The notes below the pieces were generated by a model. The model did no database searches. It was not told the DNA's origin and was given only the letters and a program-made list of their open reading frames with translations. From NCBI GenBank assembly GCA_013378375.1, contig JACAFT010000002.1, positions 13,802 through 77,801 on the forward strand: 64,000 bases of DNA. The letters are read 5' to 3'. Shown one piece after another: positions 45,989 through 54,621 of this stretch. The first letter of the stretch is position 1. Each line of letters starts with the position of its first letter. Origin of the DNA: Nitrososphaerota archaeon (GTDB taxonomy: Archaea > Thermoproteota > Nitrososphaeria > Nitrososphaerales > UBA57). The translations under genes and the position numbers were made by a program.

Positions 45989-47400
45989 GGGAAAAGTGTG
46001 GTCTTTTTGCGGCATTTTCTACATCAAAAACTGATGTTATTCCTCTTGTAACCATTGGTCTAAGAGGTTTGCAACATAGAGGTCAGGAAGCTTGGGGCAT
46101 AGCTACTCCAACCATGAATCCTTTCAAACAAAACGGACTCGTTAGTGAAAATTTGGATCAATCGGCCCAAGTTCTTCAACAAATGAAAACTAATATTGCA
46201 ATTGGACATGTGCGGTATTCAACTGCAGGTGGTACATCTCTTTCTAATGCGCAGCCCCTTTCTATAAATAAAAAATTCTGTCTAGCACATAACGGTACTG
46301 TTTGTGATCTTAATTCAGTAAATATTAAGCTCACCAACCAAAAACCTAGACGAATTAATGATACATCAATCGTTGGTAAAAGATTGTTATCTATACTTAA
46401 GGCAAATAAATTCGATTGGTTCAAATCAATCGAATTATTATGCGACGAACTAGTTGGCGCCTATTGTTTTGTAATATTAACTCCTAATAATGAAATCTAT
46501 GCATTTAGAGATACTCGTGGTTTTCGACCTTTATGCATTGGCTGGCACAAAAAATCAAAAACATATCTTGTATCTTCAGAAAGTTGTGCATTTTCAATGA
46601 TTGGTGCTGAATTGAAACGTGATATTAAACCTGGTGAAATAGTTAAAATTTCAAATCAAGGTGTGGAGTCGTATTCCTTTTCACGCGGAGAACGAACTGC
46701 TCATTGTTCTTTTGAATATATCTATTTTGCACACCCTAGTTCTGTTATTGATCAAACAAGTGTTTATGAGAGTAGACGTAAATTGGGTCAAATGCTTGCT
46801 GAGCTGTATACAGTCAAAGGAGATGTTGTTGTTCCTGTACCTGATTCTGCACGACCTGCTGCTCTTGGATTTTCAGAAAAATCAGGAATTCCTATGGTGG
46901 AGGGACTAATGAAAGATAGATATACAAAACGTGGAAGTCAAAGAAGCTTTATTCAACCAAAATATAAAGAACGTTTAAAAATTAATCGTTGGATTATGCC
47001 TGTTAAAAGTGCAATAGATGGGAAAGATGTGATTGTTATAGATGATAGTATAGTTCGTGGAATAAGTTCTAAAGCAATAGTAAAAACACTTCGTACTTCT
47101 GGCGCAAAAAGTGTTAAAATTCTTGTTACTTATCCTCCAATTCGTCATCCTTGTCGTGCAGGAATTGATTTTCCAACACATGAAGAATTGATTGCATATA
47201 ATACGTCTGGTAAAAATTCTGATATAGATACTATAAATAAAAAAGTTTGTAAATCTGTTAATGCAGATTTTGTTGGATATAATACTGTGGAAAATCTTTC
47301 TGCTGGTATAGGAAAAAAATCATCTGAGTTGTGTATGGCTTGTCATGATGGTGAATACGGAGTACTCAATCGTAATCTTAGTAATGAAACCTCGGAGTGA
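45985..47400 (+). CDS. purF: Amidophosphoribosyltransferase
   Basis: 471 aa. N-terminal nucleophile context KCGLFA, PRPP loop VIVIDDSIVRG, C-terminal Cys residues. Confidence 0.9.
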   Translation: MREKCGLFAAFSTSKTDVIPLVTIGLRGLQHRGQEAWGIATPTMNPFKQNGLVSENLDQSAQVLQQMKTNIAIGHVRYSTAGGTSLSNAQPLSINKKFCLAHNGTVCDLNSVNIKLTNQKPRRINDTSIVGKRLLSILKANKFDWFKSIELLCDELVGAYCFVILTPNNEIYAFRDTRGFRPLCIGWHKKSKTYLVSSESCAFSMIGAELKRDIKPGEIVKISNQGVESYSFSRGERTAHCSFEYIYFAHPSSVIDQTSVYESRRKLGQMLAELYTVKGDVVVPVPDSARPAALGFSEKSGIPMVEGLMKDRYTKRGSQRSFIQPKYKERLKINRWIMPVKSAIDGKDVIVIDDSIVRGISSKAIVKTLRTSGAKSVKILVTYPPIRHPCRAGIDFPTHEELIAYNTSGKNSDIDTINKKVCKSVNADFVGYNTVENLSAGIGKKSSELCMACHDGEYGVLNRNLSNETSE

Positions 47401-47406
47401 TTTATT

Positions 47407-48657
47407 CTGAATGTATTAGTTATTGGAGGAGGTGGACGAGAACATGCTATTTGCCTTTCTATCTCTAATTCAAATCTATTAGACGAACTTTATTGTATGC
47501 CTGGTAATCCAGGTATCGAGAATATCGCAACTTGTATACCTGGTGACATAATGGATAATGATTTTATTCTTAATACATGTAAAGAAAATTCTATTGATTT
47601 TGTAATTGTTGGCCCTGAGGCTCCTTTAACAAATGGAGTCACTGACATACTTCAAACTGAAAACATCTATGTTTTTGGACCTGATTCCAAGGCAGCTGAA
47701 CTCGAAGGCTCAAAAATCTTTATGAAAGATTTATGTAAAAAATACGAAATTCCTAGTGCTGATTATGAGACTTTTTACGATGCAGATTTAGCAATTTCAT
47801 ATCTTGAATCTAAAACCCTGCCTATTGTTGTTAAAGCAAATGGTTTAGCTGCAGGTAAAGGCGTTATAATTGTCGATGAAAAATCTCAGGCTGTAGATGC
47901 CATCAATGACATGTTAATTAATAATAAATTTGGTTCTGCAGGAAGTTCTATAGTTATAGAAGAGTTCTTGGAAGGAAGAGAAACTAGTTTCTTTATTATT
48001 TCCGACGGAAATACTGTATTGCCATTGGGATTTGCTCAGGATTATAAACCAATTTTTGAAGGAAATAAAGGTCCAAATACTGGTGGAATGGGTTCTTACA
48101 GCCCTGTTGAATATGTAGACGAAAATTTAGAAAAAGAAATCTTGTCTCTTGCTCAAAAAACCATTGATTCGATGAATAAGGAGGGTCGTACTTATCGTGG
48201 TGTACTATATGTTGGATTGATGCTTACTAAAAATGGACCTAAAATATTAGAATACAATGTACGTTTTGGCGATCCAGAATGTCAAGTACTCCTTCCTCGT
48301 ATTAAAAATGACTTACTTGAAATCTTGTATCTCTCTAGTAAAGGAGAATTGAATACAGTTACTGATTATGAATTATATCCGGACTCAACTATATGTGTTG
48401 TCATATCTTCTCCTGGTTATCCTGAAAAACCAATAACTGGTTCTGAAATAATAATAGAAAATAATCATAATATATTACATGCCGGAACTGAAAAGAAAAA
48501 TAATAAATTATATTCTAAAGGCGGTCGTGTTTTAAATATTCTTGGTAAAGGCTCTAATCTTTCAATTGCTAGAGATGAAGCATATAATTTAATAAATGGC
48601 ATTACATGGAAAGATATGTATTATAGAAGGGATATAGGTTTAATTGAAAATGAGTAA
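47407..48657 (+). CDS. purD: Phosphoribosylamine-glycine ligase; conserved N-terminus requires a non-canonical start (CTG 47407 or ATT 47404)
   Basis: The first in-frame ATG (47497) would delete NVLVIGGGGREHA. The frame is open from 47401, directly after the purF TGA. GGAG at 47394-47397. ATP-grasp motifs lie downstream. Confidence 0.8.
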   Translation: MNVLVIGGGGREHAICLSISNSNLLDELYCMPGNPGIENIATCIPGDIMDNDFILNTCKENSIDFVIVGPEAPLTNGVTDILQTENIYVFGPDSKAAELEGSKIFMKDLCKKYEIPSADYETFYDADLAISYLESKTLPIVVKANGLAAGKGVIIVDEKSQAVDAINDMLINNKFGSAGSSIVIEEFLEGRETSFFIISDGNTVLPLGFAQDYKPIFEGNKGPNTGGMGSYSPVEYVDENLEKEILSLAQKTIDSMNKEGRTYRGVLYVGLMLTKNGPKILEYNVRFGDPECQVLLPRIKNDLLEILYLSSKGELNTVTDYELYPDSTICVVISSPGYPEKPITGSEIIIENNHNILHAGTEKKNNKLYSKGGRVLNILGKGSNLSIARDEAYNLINGITWKDMYYRRDIGLIENE

Positions 48658-49093
48658 AAAAGTAGCTGTAATTTCTGGCAGTAAATCTGATTCAAATATC
48701 ACAGATTCAATCGGCAAAGTTTTTGATGACTTTGGCGTTGATCATGAGATTCGTGTAATTTCAGCACATAGAAATCATGATGAATTACAAGAATATGTGT
48801 CAAATTCTGACGCTGATATATTTATTGGTGTTGCAGGTCTTTCTGCACATCTTCCTGGAGTTTTATCTGCTCTCACAACTAAACCTGTTATAGGCGTTCC
48901 CGTTAAAGCCGCATTAGGAGGAATTGATTCCTTACTTTCTATTGCACAAATGCCACCTGGTATTCCAGTTGCTGCTGTTGGAATCAACAATGGTAAAAAT
49001 GCAGCTTTATTGGCAATTGCTATATTATGCCTAAATGACGAAACACTTCATAACAAACTCGTCGAATATCGAAAAAGTTGGAAAATCCAATGA
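48644..49093 (+). CDS. purE: Phosphoribosylaminoimidazole carboxylase catalytic subunit / N5-CAIR mutase (PurE)
   Basis: 149 aa. VAVISGSKSD, SAHR and GVAGLSAHLPG motifs. Confidence 0.9.
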   Translation: MKMSKKVAVISGSKSDSNITDSIGKVFDDFGVDHEIRVISAHRNHDELQEYVSNSDADIFIGVAGLSAHLPGVLSALTTKPVIGVPVKAALGGIDSLLSIAQMPPGIPVAAVGINNGKNAALLAIAILCLNDETLHNKLVEYRKSWKIQ

Positions 49094-49935
49094 GCACTTC
49101 AGATTCTGACTATTCTTTAATTAAACAAGGTAAAGTAAAAACTGCCTATGAATCTCCTTCTAATCCTGATACTATAATGTTTGACTTTTCAGATCGTATA
49201 TCTGCCTTTGATGTAGTTATTCCAACTGACATTCCAAAGAAGGGAGAAAATTTGCGTGATTTTGCAAAATTCTTTTTTGATAATCTTAATGTACCTCATC
49301 ATTTAATCGACATAGTTGATTCTACAAAAATGATTGTTAAAAAACTAGATATGATTCCAGTTGAATGTATTGTACGTGGTTATCTTTATGGTGGTCTATT
49401 TGATCGAGTCAATAATGGTGAAATAGAAATTGATTGCGATAATGTTTTAGCTACTAAATTGTCAGAACCTATTTTTGACCCAACAACAAAATCCGATATT
49501 AAAGACGAACCAATTACTGAATCAGAAATTATCTCTCAGAAAATTGTTTCGGAAGAAGAATTGAATTACCTCAAAAACACTTCTATTGACATCTATAAAA
49601 AAATACTTGACATGGCATCTAAGTCTGGATTTCTAATTGCGGATTTGAAACTTGAATTTGGTAAGGACGAATCAGGAAATATACTTCTTGCTGATTCAAT
49701 TGGCCCTGATGAATTCAGGTTGTGGTCTCTAGCTAAATATGAAGTTGGAAAAACTCAAGAGAGTTACGACAAACAGATTCTTCGTGATTGGCTCATTGAT
49801 TCTGGTTATAAGAAACAACTTGACGATGCCCGAAAAAATAAATCTGATTTACCTCCTCCACCTGTACTTCCTCAAGATCTCGTAGATTTGATCCAGGAAA
49901 GATACGCAACCGCTTATGAGAACTTTTCAAACTAA
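49090..49935 (+). CDS. purC: SAICAR synthetase
   Basis: ATG 49090 forms an ATGA overlap with the purE stop; the ORF opens at TTG 49078. GKVKTAY, DRISAFD and LADLKLEFG motifs. Confidence 0.9.
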   Translation: MSTSDSDYSLIKQGKVKTAYESPSNPDTIMFDFSDRISAFDVVIPTDIPKKGENLRDFAKFFFDNLNVPHHLIDIVDSTKMIVKKLDMIPVECIVRGYLYGGLFDRVNNGEIEIDCDNVLATKLSEPIFDPTTKSDIKDEPITESEIISQKIVSEEELNYLKNTSIDIYKKILDMASKSGFLIADLKLEFGKDESGNILLADSIGPDEFRLWSLAKYEVGKTQESYDKQILRDWLIDSGYKKQLDDARKNKSDLPPPPVLPQDLVDLIQERYATAYENFSN

Positions 49936-49941
49936 CTGAAA

Positions 49942-50982
49942 ATGACTAAATCTTGGTCCTACAAAAAAGCTGGCGTAGATATTCGTAGTATCAAGTCTAG
50001 TCACTCTGAAATCTCTAAATTACTGGGTTCAACACTTTCTCTTCGAAATGGACGAATAGGCGAAGTAATCGCTGGTTCGGGTCACTATGCAGGCGTTATA
50101 AAACTTCGAAACGACGATTATCTTGCTTTGCATACTGATGGGGTTGGAACTAAAGTTCTAATTGCTCAACAATATTCAAAATTTGATACCGTTGGAATTG
50201 ATTGTATAGCAATGAATGTAAATGATCTTATCTGTGTCGGAGCTGAACCGATATCTCTTGTTGATTACATTGCTCTGAAAAAGAACAATCCTGTTTTAGT
50301 AAAAGAGATAACTAAAGGATTAGTTAAAGGCTCGAAATTATCTGATACTCCTATAATTGGCGGTGAAACTGCAATCATGCCTGACGTAATCGAAGGATAT
50401 GGAAACAAAGCGTTTGATCTTGCTGCATCTGCTATTGGTATAATAAACAAAAGAACAAACATGCTTAATAGAAAAATTAAATCTGGTGACATAATCATTG
50501 GATTAAGAAGTTCTGGCATTCATTCTAACGGAGCTACACTTGCCCGCAAAGTCTTATTGGAAAAATATTCTCTTCGTAAAAAAATATACAAATCAAAACG
50601 ATTAGGAGATATTTTGCTTGAACCAACTGTAATTTATTCCAAAGCTGTTATGGATATCTTGAATAATATAAAATCAATTCATGGACTTGCTCATATTACT
50701 GGTGGAGCATTTACTAAGTTGCCTCGTATAGGTTCAGTTGGATTTTCTATCGATTTACCAGACCCTCCATTAATATTTGATTTAATTCAGAGAACTGGTA
50801 ATGTATCCGACAAAGAAATGCATAGAACATTTAACATGGGTTATGGATTCGTTGTTGTTTGTCCAAAATCCCAACATAATAACGTTGTATCTATTTTAGA
50901 TGAATACAAGATAAAGAGTGACGTTATAGGTGAAATATTCGCTGGTTCAGGCGTAAAAGTTAACGGTAAATCTGTACTCTGA
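49942..50982 (+). CDS. purM: Phosphoribosylformylglycinamidine cyclo-ligase (AIR synthetase)
   Basis: 346 aa. YKKAGVDI, DGVGTK and GGETA motifs. Confidence 0.9.
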   Translation: MTKSWSYKKAGVDIRSIKSSHSEISKLLGSTLSLRNGRIGEVIAGSGHYAGVIKLRNDDYLALHTDGVGTKVLIAQQYSKFDTVGIDCIAMNVNDLICVGAEPISLVDYIALKKNNPVLVKEITKGLVKGSKLSDTPIIGGETAIMPDVIEGYGNKAFDLAASAIGIINKRTNMLNRKIKSGDIIIGLRSSGIHSNGATLARKVLLEKYSLRKKIYKSKRLGDILLEPTVIYSKAVMDILNNIKSIHGLAHITGGAFTKLPRIGSVGFSIDLPDPPLIFDLIQRTGNVSDKEMHRTFNMGYGFVVVCPKSQHNNVVSILDEYKIKSDVIGEIFAGSGVKVNGKSVL

Positions 50983-50992
50983 TCTTCAACTG

Positions 50993-52042
50993 TTAATTTA
51001 TTTTACACAAATCTTCTGGGTTATCGTTTGAATATGTACAAGTAAAGCAATTATTCTTTGATTCATTTAATCTCGTGTCGAATTCTTTTTCTGAATATAC
51101 TCCAAATTTGCTGTAAATGCTCTTGTATTTTGCTGCATTATCTCCAAATAACAGTACTATTTTTCCTTCTAATTCACCTATGGTTTTGTTTAATGTTGCT
51201 AAAACCGAACCTGTTGACGGACCTGCAAATAAATTCTCGGTTACCAATAATTTCTTTATCATCTCAAAAGATTCTTTATCGGTCACTGTAATTTTTTCAT
51301 CAATAACATTTATTCTTCTTTTTAATAGCTCTGGTTTTTCCGATTCTTCTAGGTTTCTAAGACCTTGTATGTTGTGGTTCTTTTGTGGTTCTGCTGCAAT
51401 TATTTTGATATTCTGATTTTTCTCTTTTAGAAATGTACCTACTCCAGTAATTGTTCCGCCTGTTCCAATTCCAGTAATGAATGCTCCTACTTCTCCGTTG
51501 GTTGCTTTCCAGATTTCTGGACCAGTTCCGTAATAATGAGATCTAAAATTTGCATCATTATTGTATTGATCTGGAGAATAATATTCATCTGGATGATTTT
51601 TTATCAATGCTGAAGCCAACGCTATTGCTTGATCAGTTCCAGGTCCAACTCTTGGACACAAATCATCTTCCGTCTCCAACAGTTTTGCGCCGTTTGTTTT
51701 TAGAATGTCCTTTGTTTCATCACTCATTCTTTCTGGTACTGCTAATTCTATTTTATACCCAAGTGATTTTGCGAAATGACTTAAAGCAACTCCAGTATTT
51801 CCTGAAGTTGGTTCGATAACTGTTGTTTTATCTCTAATTAAATTTCCTTGTTCTTTACCTTCGTTTAACATCCATGCTGCAGGTCTTGCTTTTACTGATC
51901 CAGATGGATTACACCATTCGATTTTTGCATATATTTCTTTTTCTTTATCAAACAACTTGTCTAATTTAACGAGAGGTGTTTTTCCTACACTGTTTACAAT
52001 ATCTTCTATATTCTCAATTTCAGGTGGATGTTGAGTTTGCAA
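50993..52042 (-). CDS. PLP-dependent cysteine synthase family enzyme (CysK/CysM/O-phosphoserine sulfhydrylase) with a Cys-containing C-terminal extension
   Basis: 349 aa, TTG start. PLP-lysine context NPSGSVKARPA, EPTSGNTG, GIGTGGTITG. Confidence 0.8.
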   Translation of the reverse strand: MQTQHPPEIENIEDIVNSVGKTPLVKLDKLFDKEKEIYAKIEWCNPSGSVKARPAAWMLNEGKEQGNLIRDKTTVIEPTSGNTGVALSHFAKSLGYKIELAVPERMSDETKDILKTNGAKLLETEDDLCPRVGPGTDQAIALASALIKNHPDEYYSPDQYNNDANFRSHYYGTGPEIWKATNGEVGAFITGIGTGGTITGVGTFLKEKNQNIKIIAAEPQKNHNIQGLRNLEESEKPELLKRRINVIDEKITVTDKESFEMIKKLLVTENLFAGPSTGSVLATLNKTIGELEGKIVLLFGDNAAKYKSIYSKFGVYSEKEFDTRLNESKNNCFTCTYSNDNPEDLCKIN

Positions 52043-52113
52043 TATTTTCCGATTATTAAGCCGTTATATATTTATATAAGTTATTCTATGGAAAAAATAC
52101 TTTGATTGTTTGA

Positions 52114-52128
52114 TATAACTGGTGTTAT
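52114..52128. promoter_or_regulatory. 15-bp palindromic motif TATAACTGGTGTTAT, copy 2, in the divergent cysteine-synthase / sufC promoter region
   Basis: Identical to 24321-24335. Lies just upstream of a TATA-like AAATATATTTTA (52135-52146), which sits about 20-30 nt before the sufC ATG. Confidence 0.4.
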
Positions 52129-52165
52129 ACACTTAAATATATTTTAATGTAATTGATAACGAATT

Positions 52166-52921
52166 ATGAAAAACACTCTTGAAATTATTGATTTGCATGT
52201 TTCTGTTGAATCGAAACCAATTCTTAAAGGTGTAAATCTGACTGTTAACAAAGGAGAAACACATGCTATAATGGGGCCTAATGGTTCTGGTAAAAGTACT
52301 TTGGCGAATACTTTGATGGGACACCCGAAGTATATTGTTGATCAAGGTGATATATTGCTTGATGGGGAAAGTGTATCTAAGCTTTCGCCTGATAAAAGAG
52401 CAAAAAAGGGTTTGTTTCTTGCCTTTCAATATCCTCATGAAGTATCTGGAGTTAGTGTTTTTAATTTTTTACGTTCGTCATTAAACTCTTTAGACCTGCA
52501 AAATAATAGCAAGCCTATGTCTATAATTGCTTTCAGAAAGTATCTACGTGAACGAATGGAAGTTCTTAATGTAGAAGAAAGTTTTGTTAAGAGATATTTG
52601 AACGAAGGTTTTTCTGGCGGTGAAAAGAAAAAGAGTGAAATACTACAAATGGCTGTTTTGAAACCAAAAATTGCTATACTTGACGAAACAGATTCTGGTC
52701 TGGATATTGATGCATTAAAAACTGTTTCCGACGCTGTAAATAAAATGACAGGTCCTGATCTGGGAATATTGATGATTACTCATTATCAAAGAATTCTAAA
52801 ATATGTCCAACCCGGATTTGTTCATGTTTTAATGGATGGAAAAGTTGTAAAATCTGGTTCAATCGAATTAGCACAAACATTAGAAAACAAAGGCTATGAT
52901 TGGATTCGTGAATCTCTCTAA
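52166..52921 (+). CDS. sufC: Fe-S cluster assembly ATPase SufC
   Basis: 251 aa. Walker A GPNGSGKST, signature FSGGEKKK, Walker B ILDETDSGLD. Confidence 0.9.
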   Translation: MKNTLEIIDLHVSVESKPILKGVNLTVNKGETHAIMGPNGSGKSTLANTLMGHPKYIVDQGDILLDGESVSKLSPDKRAKKGLFLAFQYPHEVSGVSVFNFLRSSLNSLDLQNNSKPMSIIAFRKYLRERMEVLNVEESFVKRYLNEGFSGGEKKKSEILQMAVLKPKIAILDETDSGLDIDALKTVSDAVNKMTGPDLGILMITHYQRILKYVQPGFVHVLMDGKVVKSGSIELAQTLENKGYDWIRESL

Positions 52922-54150
52922 TGAGCGGTAACATACTTCGAGATATTAAAAACGATTTTCCTATATTCTCAAGGCAAATTAATGGAAAAAATCTTGTTTA
53001 TCTTGATAGTGCTGCTACCACTCAAAAACCTAATGCGGTCATCGACTCGATTATTAATTATTATAAGAATTGTAACTCCAATATTCATCGTGGAATATAT
53101 TCAATTAGTATTGAAGCAACTGAGCTTTATGAAAATGCTCGTGCTAATATTGGTAAATTCATAAATGCTAACTCGTCTCATGAACTTGTCTTTACACGTA
53201 ATGCAACTGAAGCTATAAATCTAGTTGCTAATACCTGGGCATCTCAGAATCTGAAGGAAGGCGACTCTATAATATTAACCGAGATGGAACATCATAGTAA
53301 TCTTGTACCTTGGCAAATTCTTGCTGAAAAACTGAAACTTAAACTCAATTTTATTGAAATTCAACCTGATGGAGAACTAATTCTTGATAAATTGGATGAT
53401 TTATTCCAAGACAATGCAAAATTTCTTTCACTTACTCATGTATCTAATGTCTTGGGAACAATTAATCCAATTAAGGATATAATATCAAAAGCCCACTCTC
53501 AAGGAATTACTACTCTTATAGATGCTGCACAATCAGTTCCTCATATGTCTGTTGACGTTCAAGATTTAGACAGTGATTTCTTTGTCTTTTCAGGACATAA
53601 AATGTTGGGTCCATCTGGTATAGGTGTTTTACATGCAAAGGAACCATTACTTGAAAATATGAATCCGTTTCTTTATGGCGGTGATATGATTTCGAGTGTT
53701 AGTTTACGAGAAGCCCAATGGAATGAAATACCTTGGAAATTTGAAGCGGGGACACCAAATATTGTTGGCGCTATAGGTTTGGGCAAAGCCGTAGATTATC
53801 TTAATCAAATTGGAATGGAAGTTGTCCACAAACACGAACAAGAATTATATAATTATGCTATTGATAAATTCTCTGAATTAAAAGATTTCAAAATATTTGG
53901 GTTAGAAAACAAACACTCTACCGGAGGTGTTATATCGTTTTCATATTCTGATTTTCATCCTCATGACATTGCATCAATTCTTGATGGTGAATCTATAGCT
54001 GTCCGTGCTGGTCATCATTGTGCACAACCTCTTATGGAAAAGCTAGGTGTTCCTGCTACTACTAGAGCTAGTTTTTATATTTATAATAATCAATCAGATA
54101 TTGATAAATTATTTAATGGTTTACAAAAAGTAAGAAGTGTATTGACTTAA
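52921..54150 (+). CDS. sufS: Cysteine desulfurase SufS (group II)
   Basis: 409 aa, TAATG overlap with sufC. PLP-Lys context SGHKMLGPSG; catalytic Cys context RAGHHCAQP. Confidence 0.9.
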   Translation: MSGNILRDIKNDFPIFSRQINGKNLVYLDSAATTQKPNAVIDSIINYYKNCNSNIHRGIYSISIEATELYENARANIGKFINANSSHELVFTRNATEAINLVANTWASQNLKEGDSIILTEMEHHSNLVPWQILAEKLKLKLNFIEIQPDGELILDKLDDLFQDNAKFLSLTHVSNVLGTINPIKDIISKAHSQGITTLIDAAQSVPHMSVDVQDLDSDFFVFSGHKMLGPSGIGVLHAKEPLLENMNPFLYGGDMISSVSLREAQWNEIPWKFEAGTPNIVGAIGLGKAVDYLNQIGMEVVHKHEQELYNYAIDKFSELKDFKIFGLENKHSTGGVISFSYSDFHPHDIASILDGESIAVRAGHHCAQPLMEKLGVPATTRASFYIYNNQSDIDKLFNGLQKVRSVLT

Positions 54151-54560
54151 TGAGCGAAGATATTTACAAAGAAATTATTCTTGATCACTATAGAAATCCT
54201 AGGAATAAAGGTAACATCAACGATGCTGAAATTTCAGCAAAAGATTACAATCCTGTATGCGGTGATAAGTTGACTCTTGATATTAAACTCGAAAATGACG
54301 TCGTTTCTGATATAAAGTTTGATGGAGAGGGATGTGCAATAAGTCAAGCATCTGCCTCAATACTTACTGAAATGCTAATGGGTAAAACTCTTGAAGATTT
54401 ATCAAAATTCTCAAAAGACGCTCTATTGGAAGAATTAGGAACTCCTTCTCTCGGCCCTGCACGAATAAAATGCGCTCTTTTATCTCTCAAAGTTCTCAAG
54501 ATTGGAACTTACAAATATCTTGGAGATGAATTACCAAAGGACTCTGCTGATGAGTTATAA
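54150..54560 (+). CDS. sufU: SufU/IscU-type sulfur acceptor / scaffold
   Basis: 136 aa, TAATG overlap with sufS. DHYRNPRN, NPVCGD, GEGCAIS and RIKCALL motifs. Confidence 0.85.
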   Translation: MSEDIYKEIILDHYRNPRNKGNINDAEISAKDYNPVCGDKLTLDIKLENDVVSDIKFDGEGCAISQASASILTEMLMGKTLEDLSKFSKDALLEELGTPSLGPARIKCALLSLKVLKIGTYKYLGDELPKDSADEL

Positions 54561-54572
54561 TTTTGTAATGGC

Positions 54573-54589
54573 TTTTATTTTTTTTCTTT
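54573..54589 (+). terminator. Oligo-T tract after sufU (TTTTATTTTTTTTTCTT)
   Basis: T-rich run 13 nt after the stop, between convergent genes; it matches the archaeal oligo-T termination signal. Confidence 0.4.
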
Positions 54590-54621
54590 AATTATTTTTA
54601 TGATGATTTGGCATGCTATGT

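Noticed and set aside
47398-47400. The TGA between purF and purD, considered as a selenocysteine codon.
   Set aside because: I saw no SECIS-like stem-loop in the adjacent sequence, there is no reason to expect Sec at a domain junction, and the lineage is not known to use Sec. Re-initiation or read-through are more plausible and are reported as a finding.
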